From NCBI GenBank assembly GCA_043811535.1, contig JBDRNC010000035.1:52650-116649 (forward strand): a DNA stretch of 64,000 nucleotides, written 5' to 3'. This document shows, piece after piece, positions 47,401-56,431 of this stretch (within the stretch, counting starts at the first letter, position 1; every line of letters begins with the position of its first letter). Below the pieces are notes generated by a model, which saw only the letters and a program-made list of their open reading frames with translations, searched no databases and was not told the origin of the DNA. The position numbers and the translations under genes were made by a program. This stretch comes from Elusimicrobiota bacterium. GTDB lineage: Bacteria; Elusimicrobiota; Endomicrobiia; Endomicrobiales; JBDRNC01.

Positions 47401-47824
47401 AATAGACATATATATTGACGGCGGCGCTAGAGGAAATCCCGGGCCGGCAGGCACAGGTGTGGTTATTCTGGACGATAAGGGTCAGAAGATAGACGAATTC
47501 AAAGAATACATCGGACACGCGACAAACAACACGGCGGAATACAGGGCGTTGATTTCAGGTCTTCAGCTGGCGAAAAAATATATCCCGTGTAGCATAAATG
47601 TTTTCACGGATTCAGAACTTATTTACCGCCAGATGACGGGCAGCTACAAGGTAAAGAACGAAAACCTTAAGGAATATTTCATAACGGCGCATCAGATGCT
47701 GAGTTCTTTTGAGAAAGTGGATTTCAAGCATGTCCCCAGAGAACAGAATAAGCTTGCGGATAAACTAGTCAACCAGGCGATAAATATAGGCAGCACGCTT
47801 GAAACAGGTTTAAAAGAGAGATAA
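47333..47824 (+). CDS. rnhA: Ribonuclease HI family protein
   Basis: IYIDGGARGNPGPAG, TNNTAEY, DSEL and HVPREQNKLAD. The start position is uncertain (see findings). Confidence 0.9.
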   Translation: MSPTKPQAKEQNCSLKGVFQPTQIDIYIDGGARGNPGPAGTGVVILDDKGQKIDEFKEYIGHATNNTAEYRALISGLQLAKKYIPCSINVFTDSELIYRQMTGSYKVKNENLKEYFITAHQMLSSFEKVDFKHVPREQNKLADKLVNQAINIGSTLETGLKER

Positions 47825-48173
47825 CCGAAGGGTCGCCTCGATGGAAAGCATCGGGGAGGAAAGTCCGAACTTCCGCCCTTGTCGCAATGAGGGAATGGTA
47901 GTGGGTAATACCCATCTTCTCTGTATAATCAGGGAAAGAGGTGCGAACAGTGACGCTCCTGGCGAAAGCCTTGGAGCCCCCACAGATGCGCTTTACGGGG
48001 TGATTCTCCGAGCGATCGGAGAGTGAAACGGCTAAATCCTTATCTGGAAGCAAGTCTGTCAATGGACGCTTGATCCCCGGGAGTAATCCCGGGGACAGAG
48101 AAATGACCCGGCCCCGTATGCCGCGCAAGCGGTTTTAGGGGAACAGAATTCGGTGTACAGGTTATCTCTCTTT
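47813..48173 (+). ncRNA. rnpB: RNase P RNA
   Basis: GAGGAAAGTCC (47856-47866), TGAAACGGCTAAATCC, AGAGAAATGAC and ACAGAATTCGG. P1 is AAAGAGAGATAACC / GGTTATCTCTCTTT. Confidence 0.93.
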
Positions 48174-48250
48174 CTTTTTTTTAAAGACCTGAATTTGCGC
48201 GTTCGACATCACAGGCGTATCTCTGCCATAAATGCGCGTATTGTCAACCC

Positions 48251-48622
48251 ATGGAGGATATCATGCAGGTGATTTTATTTTTGTTGATTGGCGTCCTGGG
48301 CGGCGCAATGAGCGGTTTATTTGGCATAGGCGGCGGTGTAATAATAGTTCCGGCTCTTGTATATTTGTTCAAGATGGACCAGCACATGGCGCAAGGAACA
48401 ACACTGGCGCTGATGCTGCCGCCGATTGGGATTCTTGCCGCTATGACTTATTTCAAGCATGGGCATCTTAATGTATTGGCGGCTGTATTCATCTGTGCAG
48501 GATTTGTGCTTGGTGCATGGTTCGGCGCACAGTACGCCGTTTCGCTGCCTACCGGCATACTCAGAAAACTTTTTGGCGGCCTTATGATGCTCATTTCCAT
48601 CCATATGATTTTCTTTAAATAG
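48251..48622 (+). CDS. TauE/SafE (TSUP) family membrane protein, single repeat
   Basis: SGLFGIGGGVIIVPAL...AQGTTLA in a 123-aa hydrophobic protein. Confidence 0.85.
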   Translation: MEDIMQVILFLLIGVLGGAMSGLFGIGGGVIIVPALVYLFKMDQHMAQGTTLALMLPPIGILAAMTYFKHGHLNVLAAVFICAGFVLGAWFGAQYAVSLPTGILRKLFGGLMMLISIHMIFFK

Positions 48623-48800
48623 CACTCTCTTTTCCGCATATCTGCAACATTCGTATTTTCCGCGCTATATCAGTTTTCCTCCTCGTCGATAAACCACCAG
48701 GTTGTCCACATATCCACACACTTACTAACAATCGGAATAAACCGGCCATTCAACATTGCTATTTCACATTGAAATACAATAAATTATTTTTAAAACCCTA

Positions 48801-48829
48801 TTGACATCAAAGAGATGATTAAGTATACT
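48801..48829 (+). promoter_or_regulatory. dcw (mraZ) promoter
   Basis: TTGACA-17 bp-TATACT. Confidence 0.8.
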
Positions 48830-48839
48830 ATTACTGCAG

Positions 48840-48879
48840 GTGGTGAATAGTGGTGAATAGTGTAAATAAGTAGGGATAA
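48840..48879 (+). promoter_or_regulatory. MraZ-binding direct repeats
   Basis: GTGGTGAATA GTGGTGAATA GTGTAAATAA GTAGGGATAA at 10-bp period between the promoter and mraZ. Confidence 0.75.
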
Positions 48880-48901
48880 CTAGCAGTCTAAATAAACTAA
48901 A

Positions 48902-49327
48902 ATGTATATCGGACAATTTGAGCACATCCTCGATCTAAAAAAAAGAATATTCCTTCCGGCGCGTTTCCGCGGAAAGAGTAGAGCATTCATCTTGACAAAG
49001 GGGCTAGACCAGAGCCTCTACTTGTACAACCCGAAGGAATGGGAAAAGGTATTAACGAAACTTGAAGAGCTTTCATTACCGAATAAGATGCAGCAAAGGG
49101 CCTTCAAGAGAGTTCTTTTATCGGGAGCGCATGAGATATCTCCGGACAAACAAGGAAGAATTTTGATACCGCAGAGCCTTTGCGAATACGCGAACATACG
49201 AGCGGAAGTCATGATAATAGGCGTAGGCAGCAGGATAGAATTGTGGAATAAGGCGAATTGGGAGAAATACTACAAGATGCAGGCGAACGCGTACTTCAAA
49301 AATCTATCTGGCAAACTGGAACTATAA
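48902..49327 (+). CDS. mraZ: Transcriptional regulator MraZ
   Basis: MYIGQFEHILDLKKRIFLP, DKQGRILIP and IGVGSRIELW. Confidence 0.95.
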   Translation: MYIGQFEHILDLKKRIFLPARFRGKSRAFILTKGLDQSLYLYNPKEWEKVLTKLEELSLPNKMQQRAFKRVLLSGAHEISPDKQGRILIPQSLCEYANIRAEVMIIGVGSRIELWNKANWEKYYKMQANAYFKNLSGKLEL

Positions 49328-49330
49328 CAG

Positions 49331-50212
49331 ATGGCGGAATACGAATATCATTTACCCGTGATGCAGGAAGAGATTTTAAGATCTTTGATAAGCAGCGAAC
49401 AAGGGACATACGTTGATTGCACGCTGGGGGGTGGCGGTCACGCTGAAATACTTTTGAAAGGGCATCCTGGTATTAGTCTTGTCGGGATTGATTGCGATGA
49501 GAATGCAATAATGCATTGCAAAAATAAATTAGATACATACGGAAACAGGATAAGGCTAGCGCGAGAGAATTACAGCGAGATAAACGCGGTTTTTGCCTCC
49601 CTTAAAATAACAGCCGTAGACGGTTTCCTTTTGGATCTCGGGATTTCGTCAAGACAGATAGACGATAAAGAACGCGGTTTCAGCTTCCATTCGGCATCGC
49701 TTGACATGAGGATGGACGGCAGGTCAAAAGTGACCGCCGCAGATATTTTAAATTCAGCAGGACGGGAAAGGCTTTCAGAAATTTTCTTTGAATTCGGCGA
49801 AGAACGGATGGCTGACGCCATCAGCGCCAGGATTATCGAAGAAAGAAAAAATTCCCGGATAGACTCGGGCCCGCAACTGAGTCAGCTGGTTTCCAAGGTT
49901 ATCAGACGGTACGGAAAGATCAATCCTGCCACTAAGATCTTTCAGGCTCTTCGTATTGCCGTCAATAACGAACTTGAAAACCTATCCGTTTTTTTGAATG
50001 CCTTCCCGTCCCTGCTGAAACCCGGAGGCAGGATAGCCGTTCTTACATACCATTCCTTGGAAGACCGCATTGTGAAAAGAAAATTTAAGGAGCTTGAGGG
50101 TCATGGGTTAATAAGACTCATGAACAAAAAAGTCCTGCGCCCCTCCTTCATGGAGACAAAAATTAACCCCAGAAGTAGGAGCGCAAAGCTAAGAACAGCG
50201 GAGAAGCTCTGA
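49331..50212 (+). CDS. rsmH: 16S rRNA m4C1402 methyltransferase
   Basis: HLPVM, DCTLGGGGH, DLGISS, FQALRIAVNNEL and NPRSRSAKLR. Confidence 0.96.
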   Translation: MAEYEYHLPVMQEEILRSLISSEQGTYVDCTLGGGGHAEILLKGHPGISLVGIDCDENAIMHCKNKLDTYGNRIRLARENYSEINAVFASLKITAVDGFLLDLGISSRQIDDKERGFSFHSASLDMRMDGRSKVTAADILNSAGRERLSEIFFEFGEERMADAISARIIEERKNSRIDSGPQLSQLVSKVIRRYGKINPATKIFQALRIAVNNELENLSVFLNAFPSLLKPGGRIAVLTYHSLEDRIVKRKFKELEGHGLIRLMNKKVLRPSFMETKINPRSRSAKLRTAEKL

Positions 50213-50466
50213 TGGTTTTCAAGTATTTCATGTATCTGCTTTTTATAGCGATGATACTTTCATTTTATGTTTGGCAACAGACACAATCCGTACGAATGGG
50301 TTACCGCGTCGAAGAAATGAAACGCGAGTGCGGCAAGTGGGAACAAGAGAACAGCACCCTTAAGCTAAAGATCGAAAGGTTAAGTTCGCTTGAGCGGCTG
50401 GATCAGTTTTCCCGCGAGCACAAACTAGTTGTTCCGGATGAGAAGAATATTGTCTATCTTGATTGA
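50212..50466 (+). CDS. ftsL: Cell division protein FtsL
   Basis: Single TM helix plus coiled coil (LKLKIERLSSLERL), located between rsmH and ftsI. Confidence 0.8.
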   Translation: MVFKYFMYLLFIAMILSFYVWQQTQSVRMGYRVEEMKRECGKWEQENSTLKLKIERLSSLERLDQFSREHKLVVPDEKNIVYLD

Positions 50467-50502
50467 GAGTTCAGCAACAGACTCCAGAGAAGGCGGGTAA
50501 CA

Positions 50503-52194
50503 ATGGCGTGCCGCAGAAGGGTCATACTACCCTTTGCTTGTATTTTCATATTCTTCGCCGCGATCGCCGCGAAGCTTTTTTTACTTCAGGTATGGTATCA
50601 CGACGAACTGAATGACAGGGCTCAGAAAATAGTTTGCAAGGAACTGCGCGAACTCCCGTGCCGGGGCATGATATTTGACAGGAACGGGAAAATCCTTTCG
50701 ATGAGCGTCAAAACCTACCTTATCTTTCTTGATTTTAAACAGATAAAGAACATAGAAGAAATAAAGTCAGCCCTGCGCGAGAATAATATCCATCTCACCG
50801 ACAAACTGCTCGCTGGAAAAACAAACTCTTCGTACGTGCCTGTAGCTGAAAATATCGACATGGACACAGCGTCCAGAATAAGGCAGCTCAACCTTCCCGG
50901 CGTCGGTTTTACCACGAAATACGTCCGAAAGTATCCGGAAGGGAAAATGGCGTCGCATATTCTCGGACTTGTGGGCAGGGACGGGTATGGGCTCGAAGGG
51001 ATCGAATATGTGGCTAATTCATATCTAAGCGGGGAAAAAGTTAAGGAACTCAGGGTAAGGGATGGACGCGGAAGGACAATATCATCAAATATAGAGAACG
51101 CTGATGATTACCGCGGATCGGACGTATACTTGACTATAGACAGTAATCTTCAGTTTATTGCCGAACAGGAAATAGAAAAAGCTTGGAAGGAAAGCCGTTC
51201 AAAGAAAGCGATAGCGATTGTCCAGAACCCTGTTACCGGCGAGATCCTTGCCATGGCCATAAGGCCTAATTTCGACCCGGCCGATTTCTCGGGATCGTGG
51301 GAAAACATCAGGAATCCCGCAGTATGCGATGTTTTCGAGCCCGGGTCTACGTTTAAAATGATAACATCAGCGGCTGCGCTTGAAGAAAATGTCGTGAAAC
51401 GTTCCGAAGTGATATGGTGCGAGAACGGCCGCTACAAGATATACGACCACACTATCACCGACCATGAGAAGAAAGGACTGTTGACCTTCGACGAGGTAAT
51501 TGAATACTCGTCAAATATCGGGACGGCCAAGATCGGGATGAGGATCGGCAAGGAAAAGTTTTACTCTTATATAAAGCAATTCGGCTTTCACAGTCTTACC
51601 GGAATAGACCTCCCGGGAGAAGCCAAGGGTCTTTTGAAGAGTCCTAATGACTGGAGCGGTCTCTCGCTTCCCGTGATCTCGTTCGGTCAGGAAGTCGGCG
51701 TTACAGCGATACAAATGGTTAACGCTTATTCCGCTCTTGCGAACGGAGGGGATTTGATAGAACCGAAAGTGATATCTGAAATAAAAACTCCTACCGGTGA
51801 AGTTTTGTATAAGGATGAGAAAAGAATTATCAGGAGAGCTGTATCCTCCAAAGTGGCCGCAGAATTACGGGAAATGCTGCAAGGGACCGTAGACAAAGGA
51901 ACCGGCCGTCTTGCTGGCGTCCCGGGCTATAGTATAGGAGGGAAAACCGGCACGGCGCAAAAAAGGGATAAAAGAACAGGCAGGTACTCTTCCAGCTGTT
52001 ATGTGGCCTCATTCTGCGGCATTGCGCCATTGAAAAATCCGCGAGTGACGATATTCGTAGTTTTGGATGAGCCGCAAGGCGATTACTGGGCCTCTTCAAG
52101 AGCCGCTCCGGTCTTCGCCAGGATCGCGTCGAGGTCCCTGCAGTACATGAGGGTTCCGCCCGATAACGAATCTCTGCACCTTGTTAAAAAATAA
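50503..52194 (+). CDS. ftsI: Class B penicillin-binding protein (FtsI/PBP3)
   Basis: RGMIFDRNG, RKYPEG, EPGSTFK, SSN and KTGTAQK. Confidence 0.9.
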   Translation: MACRRRVILPFACIFIFFAAIAAKLFLLQVWYHDELNDRAQKIVCKELRELPCRGMIFDRNGKILSMSVKTYLIFLDFKQIKNIEEIKSALRENNIHLTDKLLAGKTNSSYVPVAENIDMDTASRIRQLNLPGVGFTTKYVRKYPEGKMASHILGLVGRDGYGLEGIEYVANSYLSGEKVKELRVRDGRGRTISSNIENADDYRGSDVYLTIDSNLQFIAEQEIEKAWKESRSKKAIAIVQNPVTGEILAMAIRPNFDPADFSGSWENIRNPAVCDVFEPGSTFKMITSAAALEENVVKRSEVIWCENGRYKIYDHTITDHEKKGLLTFDEVIEYSSNIGTAKIGMRIGKEKFYSYIKQFGFHSLTGIDLPGEAKGLLKSPNDWSGLSLPVISFGQEVGVTAIQMVNAYSALANGGDLIEPKVISEIKTPTGEVLYKDEKRIIRRAVSSKVAAELREMLQGTVDKGTGRLAGVPGYSIGGKTGTAQKRDKRTGRYSSSCYVASFCGIAPLKNPRVTIFVVLDEPQGDYWASSRAAPVFARIASRSLQYMRVPPDNESLHLVKK

Positions 52195-52300
52195 TGCGAT
52201 TGAAGTTTAACGGCCTTTAATTCCTGAGATAACGTAACTCCAATAACGTATATATCGGTTGTTCCCCGCAGAGGACATTTTTCCGAAAAGGAAGGGCATA

Positions 52301-53782
52301 GTGAGGCTCACCGAGATATTAAGGAATATCGAGCATATCCCTTACGGGCCGGTTGATATTAATATCAAGGGGATTACGTACAACTCCAAAAAAGTCCGGA
52401 AGGGCTTCATTTTTGTGGCGTTGCCCGGGCAACATGTAGACGGCAGAAAATTCATTCCCGAAGCGATCGGCAGAAAAGCCAGCGTGATAGTTTCTGATTC
52501 ACAATATGAGGCCAGGAACGTTACGAGTATTGTCGTCCCCAATCCTCTAGCCTCTCTTGCCCTGCTTAGTTCGAATTACTACAGGCACCCTGATAAATCC
52601 CTGCTGATGATCGGCATAACCGGTACTAACGGCAAAACGACAATCACTTATTTTGTTGAATCGATCTTAACAAGTCTGGGCTACCGTTTGGGCGTAATTG
52701 GTACGATAAATTACAGGTTTGCCGGGAAAACAATGCCTTCGTCCAACACGACCCCGTTTTCCTCCGATCTGAATAAAATGCTTAATGAGATGGTATCCAA
52801 TAAGTCGGATGCCGTGATTATGGAGGTTTCCTCGCACGCGCTGGCCCAGGGACGCGTAGGCGGGCTTGAATTCGATATAGCGGTATTTACAAACCTGACA
52901 AGAGACCATCTCGATTACCACAAGACCATGGAGAGTTATTTTGATGAAAAAGCCAAATTGTTTCTTCTAAACCTGAGGAAAACCCGTAAAAATAATCCCA
53001 AATATGCTATAATAAATACCGACGACCCGTGGGGCAGAAAACTGCTTGAAATACTGCCTCAAGAGATCACAACCGTTACTTATGGTTTCAATAAAAACGC
53101 TGTAATAAGAGCGGAAAATGTCAGGTTGGACCACCACGGCAACCAGTTTTTGCTTGTAACACCGGCCGGAAAAAAAAGAGTAATACTGCCTTTTATCGGC
53201 AGGCATAATATCTACAACGGCTTGGCAAGCGCCGCGGCAGGGCTTTGCGCGGGAGCGTCACTGGATGCTGTTGTATACGGCATCGAAAAAACAGCGCCAG
53301 TGCCCGGAAGGCTTGAGAAAGTTGACGCGGGTCAGCCTTTCATTGTGGTTGTCGATTACGCGCATACAGACGACGCTCTTAAAAATGTTTTAAGCGCCCT
53401 GAAACAACTGGATCCCGCAAGACTCATTACCGTTTTTGGATGCGGCGGCGACCGGGACAGGTCGAAAAGGCCTGTCATGGGGGAGATCGCCACGAGAATC
53501 AGTGATTTTGTTTTCATTACATCCGACAACCCGAGAAGCGAAGATCCACAGCGCATTGCCTTGGATATCGAAGTGGGGGCCAGGCGACAGAACATGAATA
53601 ATTATCAGGTCATATTGGAAAGAGAACAGGCCATTTCGGCCGCTATCAATATGGCCCAGAAAGGCGATATCGTGCTTCTCGCAGGAAAAGGGCATGAAAC
53701 ATATCAAATTTTGGGGAATAAGACTATTCATTTCAATGACTCGGAAGTTGCGGTCAAGCATCTCAGGGATAGGTATAGCTGA
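52301..53782 (+). CDS. murE: UDP-MurNAc-tripeptide synthetase MurE (DAP type)
   Basis: GITGTNGKTT, MEVSSHAL, VDYAHT, SDNPRSED and AGKGHE. Start taken as GTG 52301. Confidence 0.95.
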   Translation: MRLTEILRNIEHIPYGPVDINIKGITYNSKKVRKGFIFVALPGQHVDGRKFIPEAIGRKASVIVSDSQYEARNVTSIVVPNPLASLALLSSNYYRHPDKSLLMIGITGTNGKTTITYFVESILTSLGYRLGVIGTINYRFAGKTMPSSNTTPFSSDLNKMLNEMVSNKSDAVIMEVSSHALAQGRVGGLEFDIAVFTNLTRDHLDYHKTMESYFDEKAKLFLLNLRKTRKNNPKYAIINTDDPWGRKLLEILPQEITTVTYGFNKNAVIRAENVRLDHHGNQFLLVTPAGKKRVILPFIGRHNIYNGLASAAAGLCAGASLDAVVYGIEKTAPVPGRLEKVDAGQPFIVVVDYAHTDDALKNVLSALKQLDPARLITVFGCGGDRDRSKRPVMGEIATRISDFVFITSDNPRSEDPQRIALDIEVGARRQNMNNYQVILEREQAISAAINMAQKGDIVLLAGKGHETYQILGNKTIHFNDSEVAVKHLRDRYS

Positions 53783-53855
53783 ACATAGCGGGTCTTTTAC
53801 CTTTCTGCCGCACTTGGCCCGCCCCGGACAACATCCCCTTTTCAGCGGCAATTAA

Positions 53856-55232
53856 ATGGAAAATATCTTTTTATCTGAATTGATAACGGCTGTTAAAGGC
53901 GAATTTCTTCTTGGTGATCCCAAAAGCGTCATAAGTTCAATATCAATAGACACACGCACTCTCCGTAAAGGGGACTTTTATTTCGCGGTCAAGGGCAGGA
54001 ATTATGACGGCCACAATTACCTCATTCAGGCGATAGAAAAAGGTGTTAAGGGGATAGTTGTATCGAAAAAAGAAATTGATATAGGCAATCCTTTCCCGGC
54101 CCCCCCGGCGATAATCTGCGTCCAGGATACTCAAAAAGCTCTCGGGGATCTAGCGCACTACTACAGGAGCAAATGGAAAATACCAGTCATCGGCATAACG
54201 GGTTCTAACGGGAAAACTACCGCAAAGGAGATGCTTGCGTCGATACTGAGACAAAAGGGGCACGCTGTCAGCAATGCGGGGAATTTTAATAATCAGATAG
54301 GCCTCCCGCTTACAATTTTCAATCTCAGTCTTTTTCATGAGTATGCCGTGTTGGAGATGGGGACTTCATATCCGGGGGAGATACAAAGGCTTGCGGAGAT
54401 AGCGTCGCCCACTATAGGGGTCATAACGAATATAGGCTCAACGCACCTGGAAAATTTCATCACACCCGAGAATGTGTTTGCCGAGAAATATAAACTTATT
54501 GAATCTCTGCCGCAGGGCGCAACGGCGATATTGAACGCTGACGACCCTTTCTTGTCAAAGGCCGCTGCGACGGCAAAAACCGAAGTTATAACATTCGGAA
54601 TTGAACAAAAAGCCGATGTTACCTGCGGGAACCTGAAATTATGGCCCGGCAACCCGACATTTGATCTGATAGCCGGAGGCAAAAAAATAATCAGCATTAT
54701 ACTTCCGGTATACGGGAGGTTCAATGTTTATAACGCGCTAGCCGCCGCGGCAGTCGCGTGGAAATTGAAGATGTCTCCCGAGATGATACGAAACGGGCTG
54801 GAAACGTTCATTATTCCCAATATGAGGATGAACGTCGTCAACATGATGTCGGGCGTAACGTTTGTCATTGACGCATACAACGCCAATCCCACATCGATGA
54901 AAGAAGCGGCCCGGACGTTCGTTGAGACATTCCCCGACAGGGACAAGATATTGGTACTCGGAGACATGCTTGAGCTCGGCCCCGGGTCTGAACAGGAGCA
55001 CAGAGATCTCGGAGAATTCCTTGGCTCCTTGCCGCTAAATCAGATATTGCTTATCGGGCCTATGATGAAATGCGCATACTCAGTACTTGGCCAGGAAAAA
55101 TCCAAGTATTTCGAAAACAAGGACGACCTCGTGAGGGAACTAAAAGGATGTATTACGTCGCGTAACGTAATATTTTTCAAGGCTTCACGCGGCATGCATT
55201 TTGAAGAGATTACTGATACGCTGATTCCATAA
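53856..55232 (+). CDS. murF: UDP-MurNAc-pentapeptide synthetase MurF
   Basis: ITGSNGKTTAKE, NNQIGLP, DAYNANP, LGDMLELG and KASRG. Confidence 0.95.
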   Translation: MENIFLSELITAVKGEFLLGDPKSVISSISIDTRTLRKGDFYFAVKGRNYDGHNYLIQAIEKGVKGIVVSKKEIDIGNPFPAPPAIICVQDTQKALGDLAHYYRSKWKIPVIGITGSNGKTTAKEMLASILRQKGHAVSNAGNFNNQIGLPLTIFNLSLFHEYAVLEMGTSYPGEIQRLAEIASPTIGVITNIGSTHLENFITPENVFAEKYKLIESLPQGATAILNADDPFLSKAAATAKTEVITFGIEQKADVTCGNLKLWPGNPTFDLIAGGKKIISIILPVYGRFNVYNALAAAAVAWKLKMSPEMIRNGLETFIIPNMRMNVVNMMSGVTFVIDAYNANPTSMKEAARTFVETFPDRDKILVLGDMLELGPGSEQEHRDLGEFLGSLPLNQILLIGPMMKCAYSVLGQEKSKYFENKDDLVRELKGCITSRNVIFFKASRGMHFEEITDTLIP

Positions 55233-55254
55233 GAAAAGAAAGTTGAGAAACTGA

Positions 55255-56340
55255 ATGCTCTACCACTTGCTTTATCCTCTTCATTACTATTTTTCCCCGC
55301 TGAACATATTTCAGTATATAACGTTCCGCGCGGTCGGGGCAATAATAACAAGCCTTATCATTTGCCTGCTGGTGGGCCCCGCTTTGATAGAATATCTCAA
55401 GAAACTCAAAATAGGCCAGACTATCAGGACAGACGGACCTCCCGCCCACCTTGTCAAATCCGGGACGCCCACGATGGGCGGACTTTTGATCCTTATATCT
55501 ATGGTGGTTTCCACTTTTCTTTGGGCGCGCCTTGATAACAGGTTCATACATATTTTACTCGCCGGAGCGGTTTGGCTCGGCGCGCTGGGGTTCTGGGACG
55601 ATTATTTGAAATTGGTAAAAAAGAACCCTAAAGGACTGCAGTCCAAATATAAATTCATATTCCAGACTATCCTTGCTTCGGGGGTTGCGGCATATCTCTG
55701 GTTCTACCCGCCGAACGAACTGTTCGCGACTAAGGTCAATATACCGTATCTGAAAGATGTTTTTATCAATCTTTATTTCGGGTACATATTCTTCGCGATA
55801 CTTGAGATTGTCGGATTTTCAAATGCCGTCAATCTTACCGACGGACTTGACGGCCTTGCTGTGGGAAATCTCGTAATAGCGGCGCTGGCTCTAGGTCTGT
55901 TCTCATATTTCGCGGGGCATATCAAAATTGCTGAATATCTCAGGATCATTCCTGTGAGCGGCGCCGGGGAACTGAGCGTTTTCCTCGCGGCAATGATAGG
56001 AGCTGGTCTCGGATTCCTGTGGTTTAACGCTTATCCCGCGCAGATTTTCATGGGCGACACTGGAAGCCTGTTTTTAGGCGGCTCGCTGGGACTCGTGGCG
56101 CTTTGCATAAAACAAGAACTGGTTCTCGCGGTCATAGCCGGCGTTTTTGTCATGGAAGTCGTGTCGGTGGTGCTTCAAGTCTATTCATTCAGGCACGCAA
56201 GGAAAAGAATATTTAAAATGGCTCCGATACACCACCACTTCGAACTTTCCGGATGGGCCGAGACCAAGGTAACCGTCCGTTTCTGGATAATCGGGATAAT
56301 CCTGGCCCTTGTCGCCCTGGCTTCCCTTAAGATAAGATAA
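55255..56340 (+). CDS. mraY: Phospho-MurNAc-pentapeptide transferase MraY
   Basis: KSGTPTMGG, NAVNLTDGLDGL, FMGDTGS and MAPIHHHFE. Confidence 0.97.
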   Translation: MLYHLLYPLHYYFSPLNIFQYITFRAVGAIITSLIICLLVGPALIEYLKKLKIGQTIRTDGPPAHLVKSGTPTMGGLLILISMVVSTFLWARLDNRFIHILLAGAVWLGALGFWDDYLKLVKKNPKGLQSKYKFIFQTILASGVAAYLWFYPPNELFATKVNIPYLKDVFINLYFGYIFFAILEIVGFSNAVNLTDGLDGLAVGNLVIAALALGLFSYFAGHIKIAEYLRIIPVSGAGELSVFLAAMIGAGLGFLWFNAYPAQIFMGDTGSLFLGGSLGLVALCIKQELVLAVIAGVFVMEVVSVVLQVYSFRHARKRIFKMAPIHHHFELSGWAETKVTVRFWIIGIILALVALASLKIR

Positions 56341-56341
56341 C

Positions 56342-56420
56342 GACAGCAATTAGCAATTGGCTATTAGCAATTAGTCTATGACAACCACTAATAGCTAATT
56401 ACAAATGGCTAATAGCTGTC
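56342..56420. repeat. Inverted pair of 7-bp tandem repeats
   Basis: gacagcaattagcaattggctattagcaattag ... ctaatagctaattacaaatggctaatagctgtc. Confidence 0.75.
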
Positions 56421-56431
56421 TTTCGAAAACA

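Noticed and set aside
47841..48026. 61-aa ORF, and the minus-strand ORF 47769-48128
   Set aside because: Both lie within or across the RNase P RNA gene.
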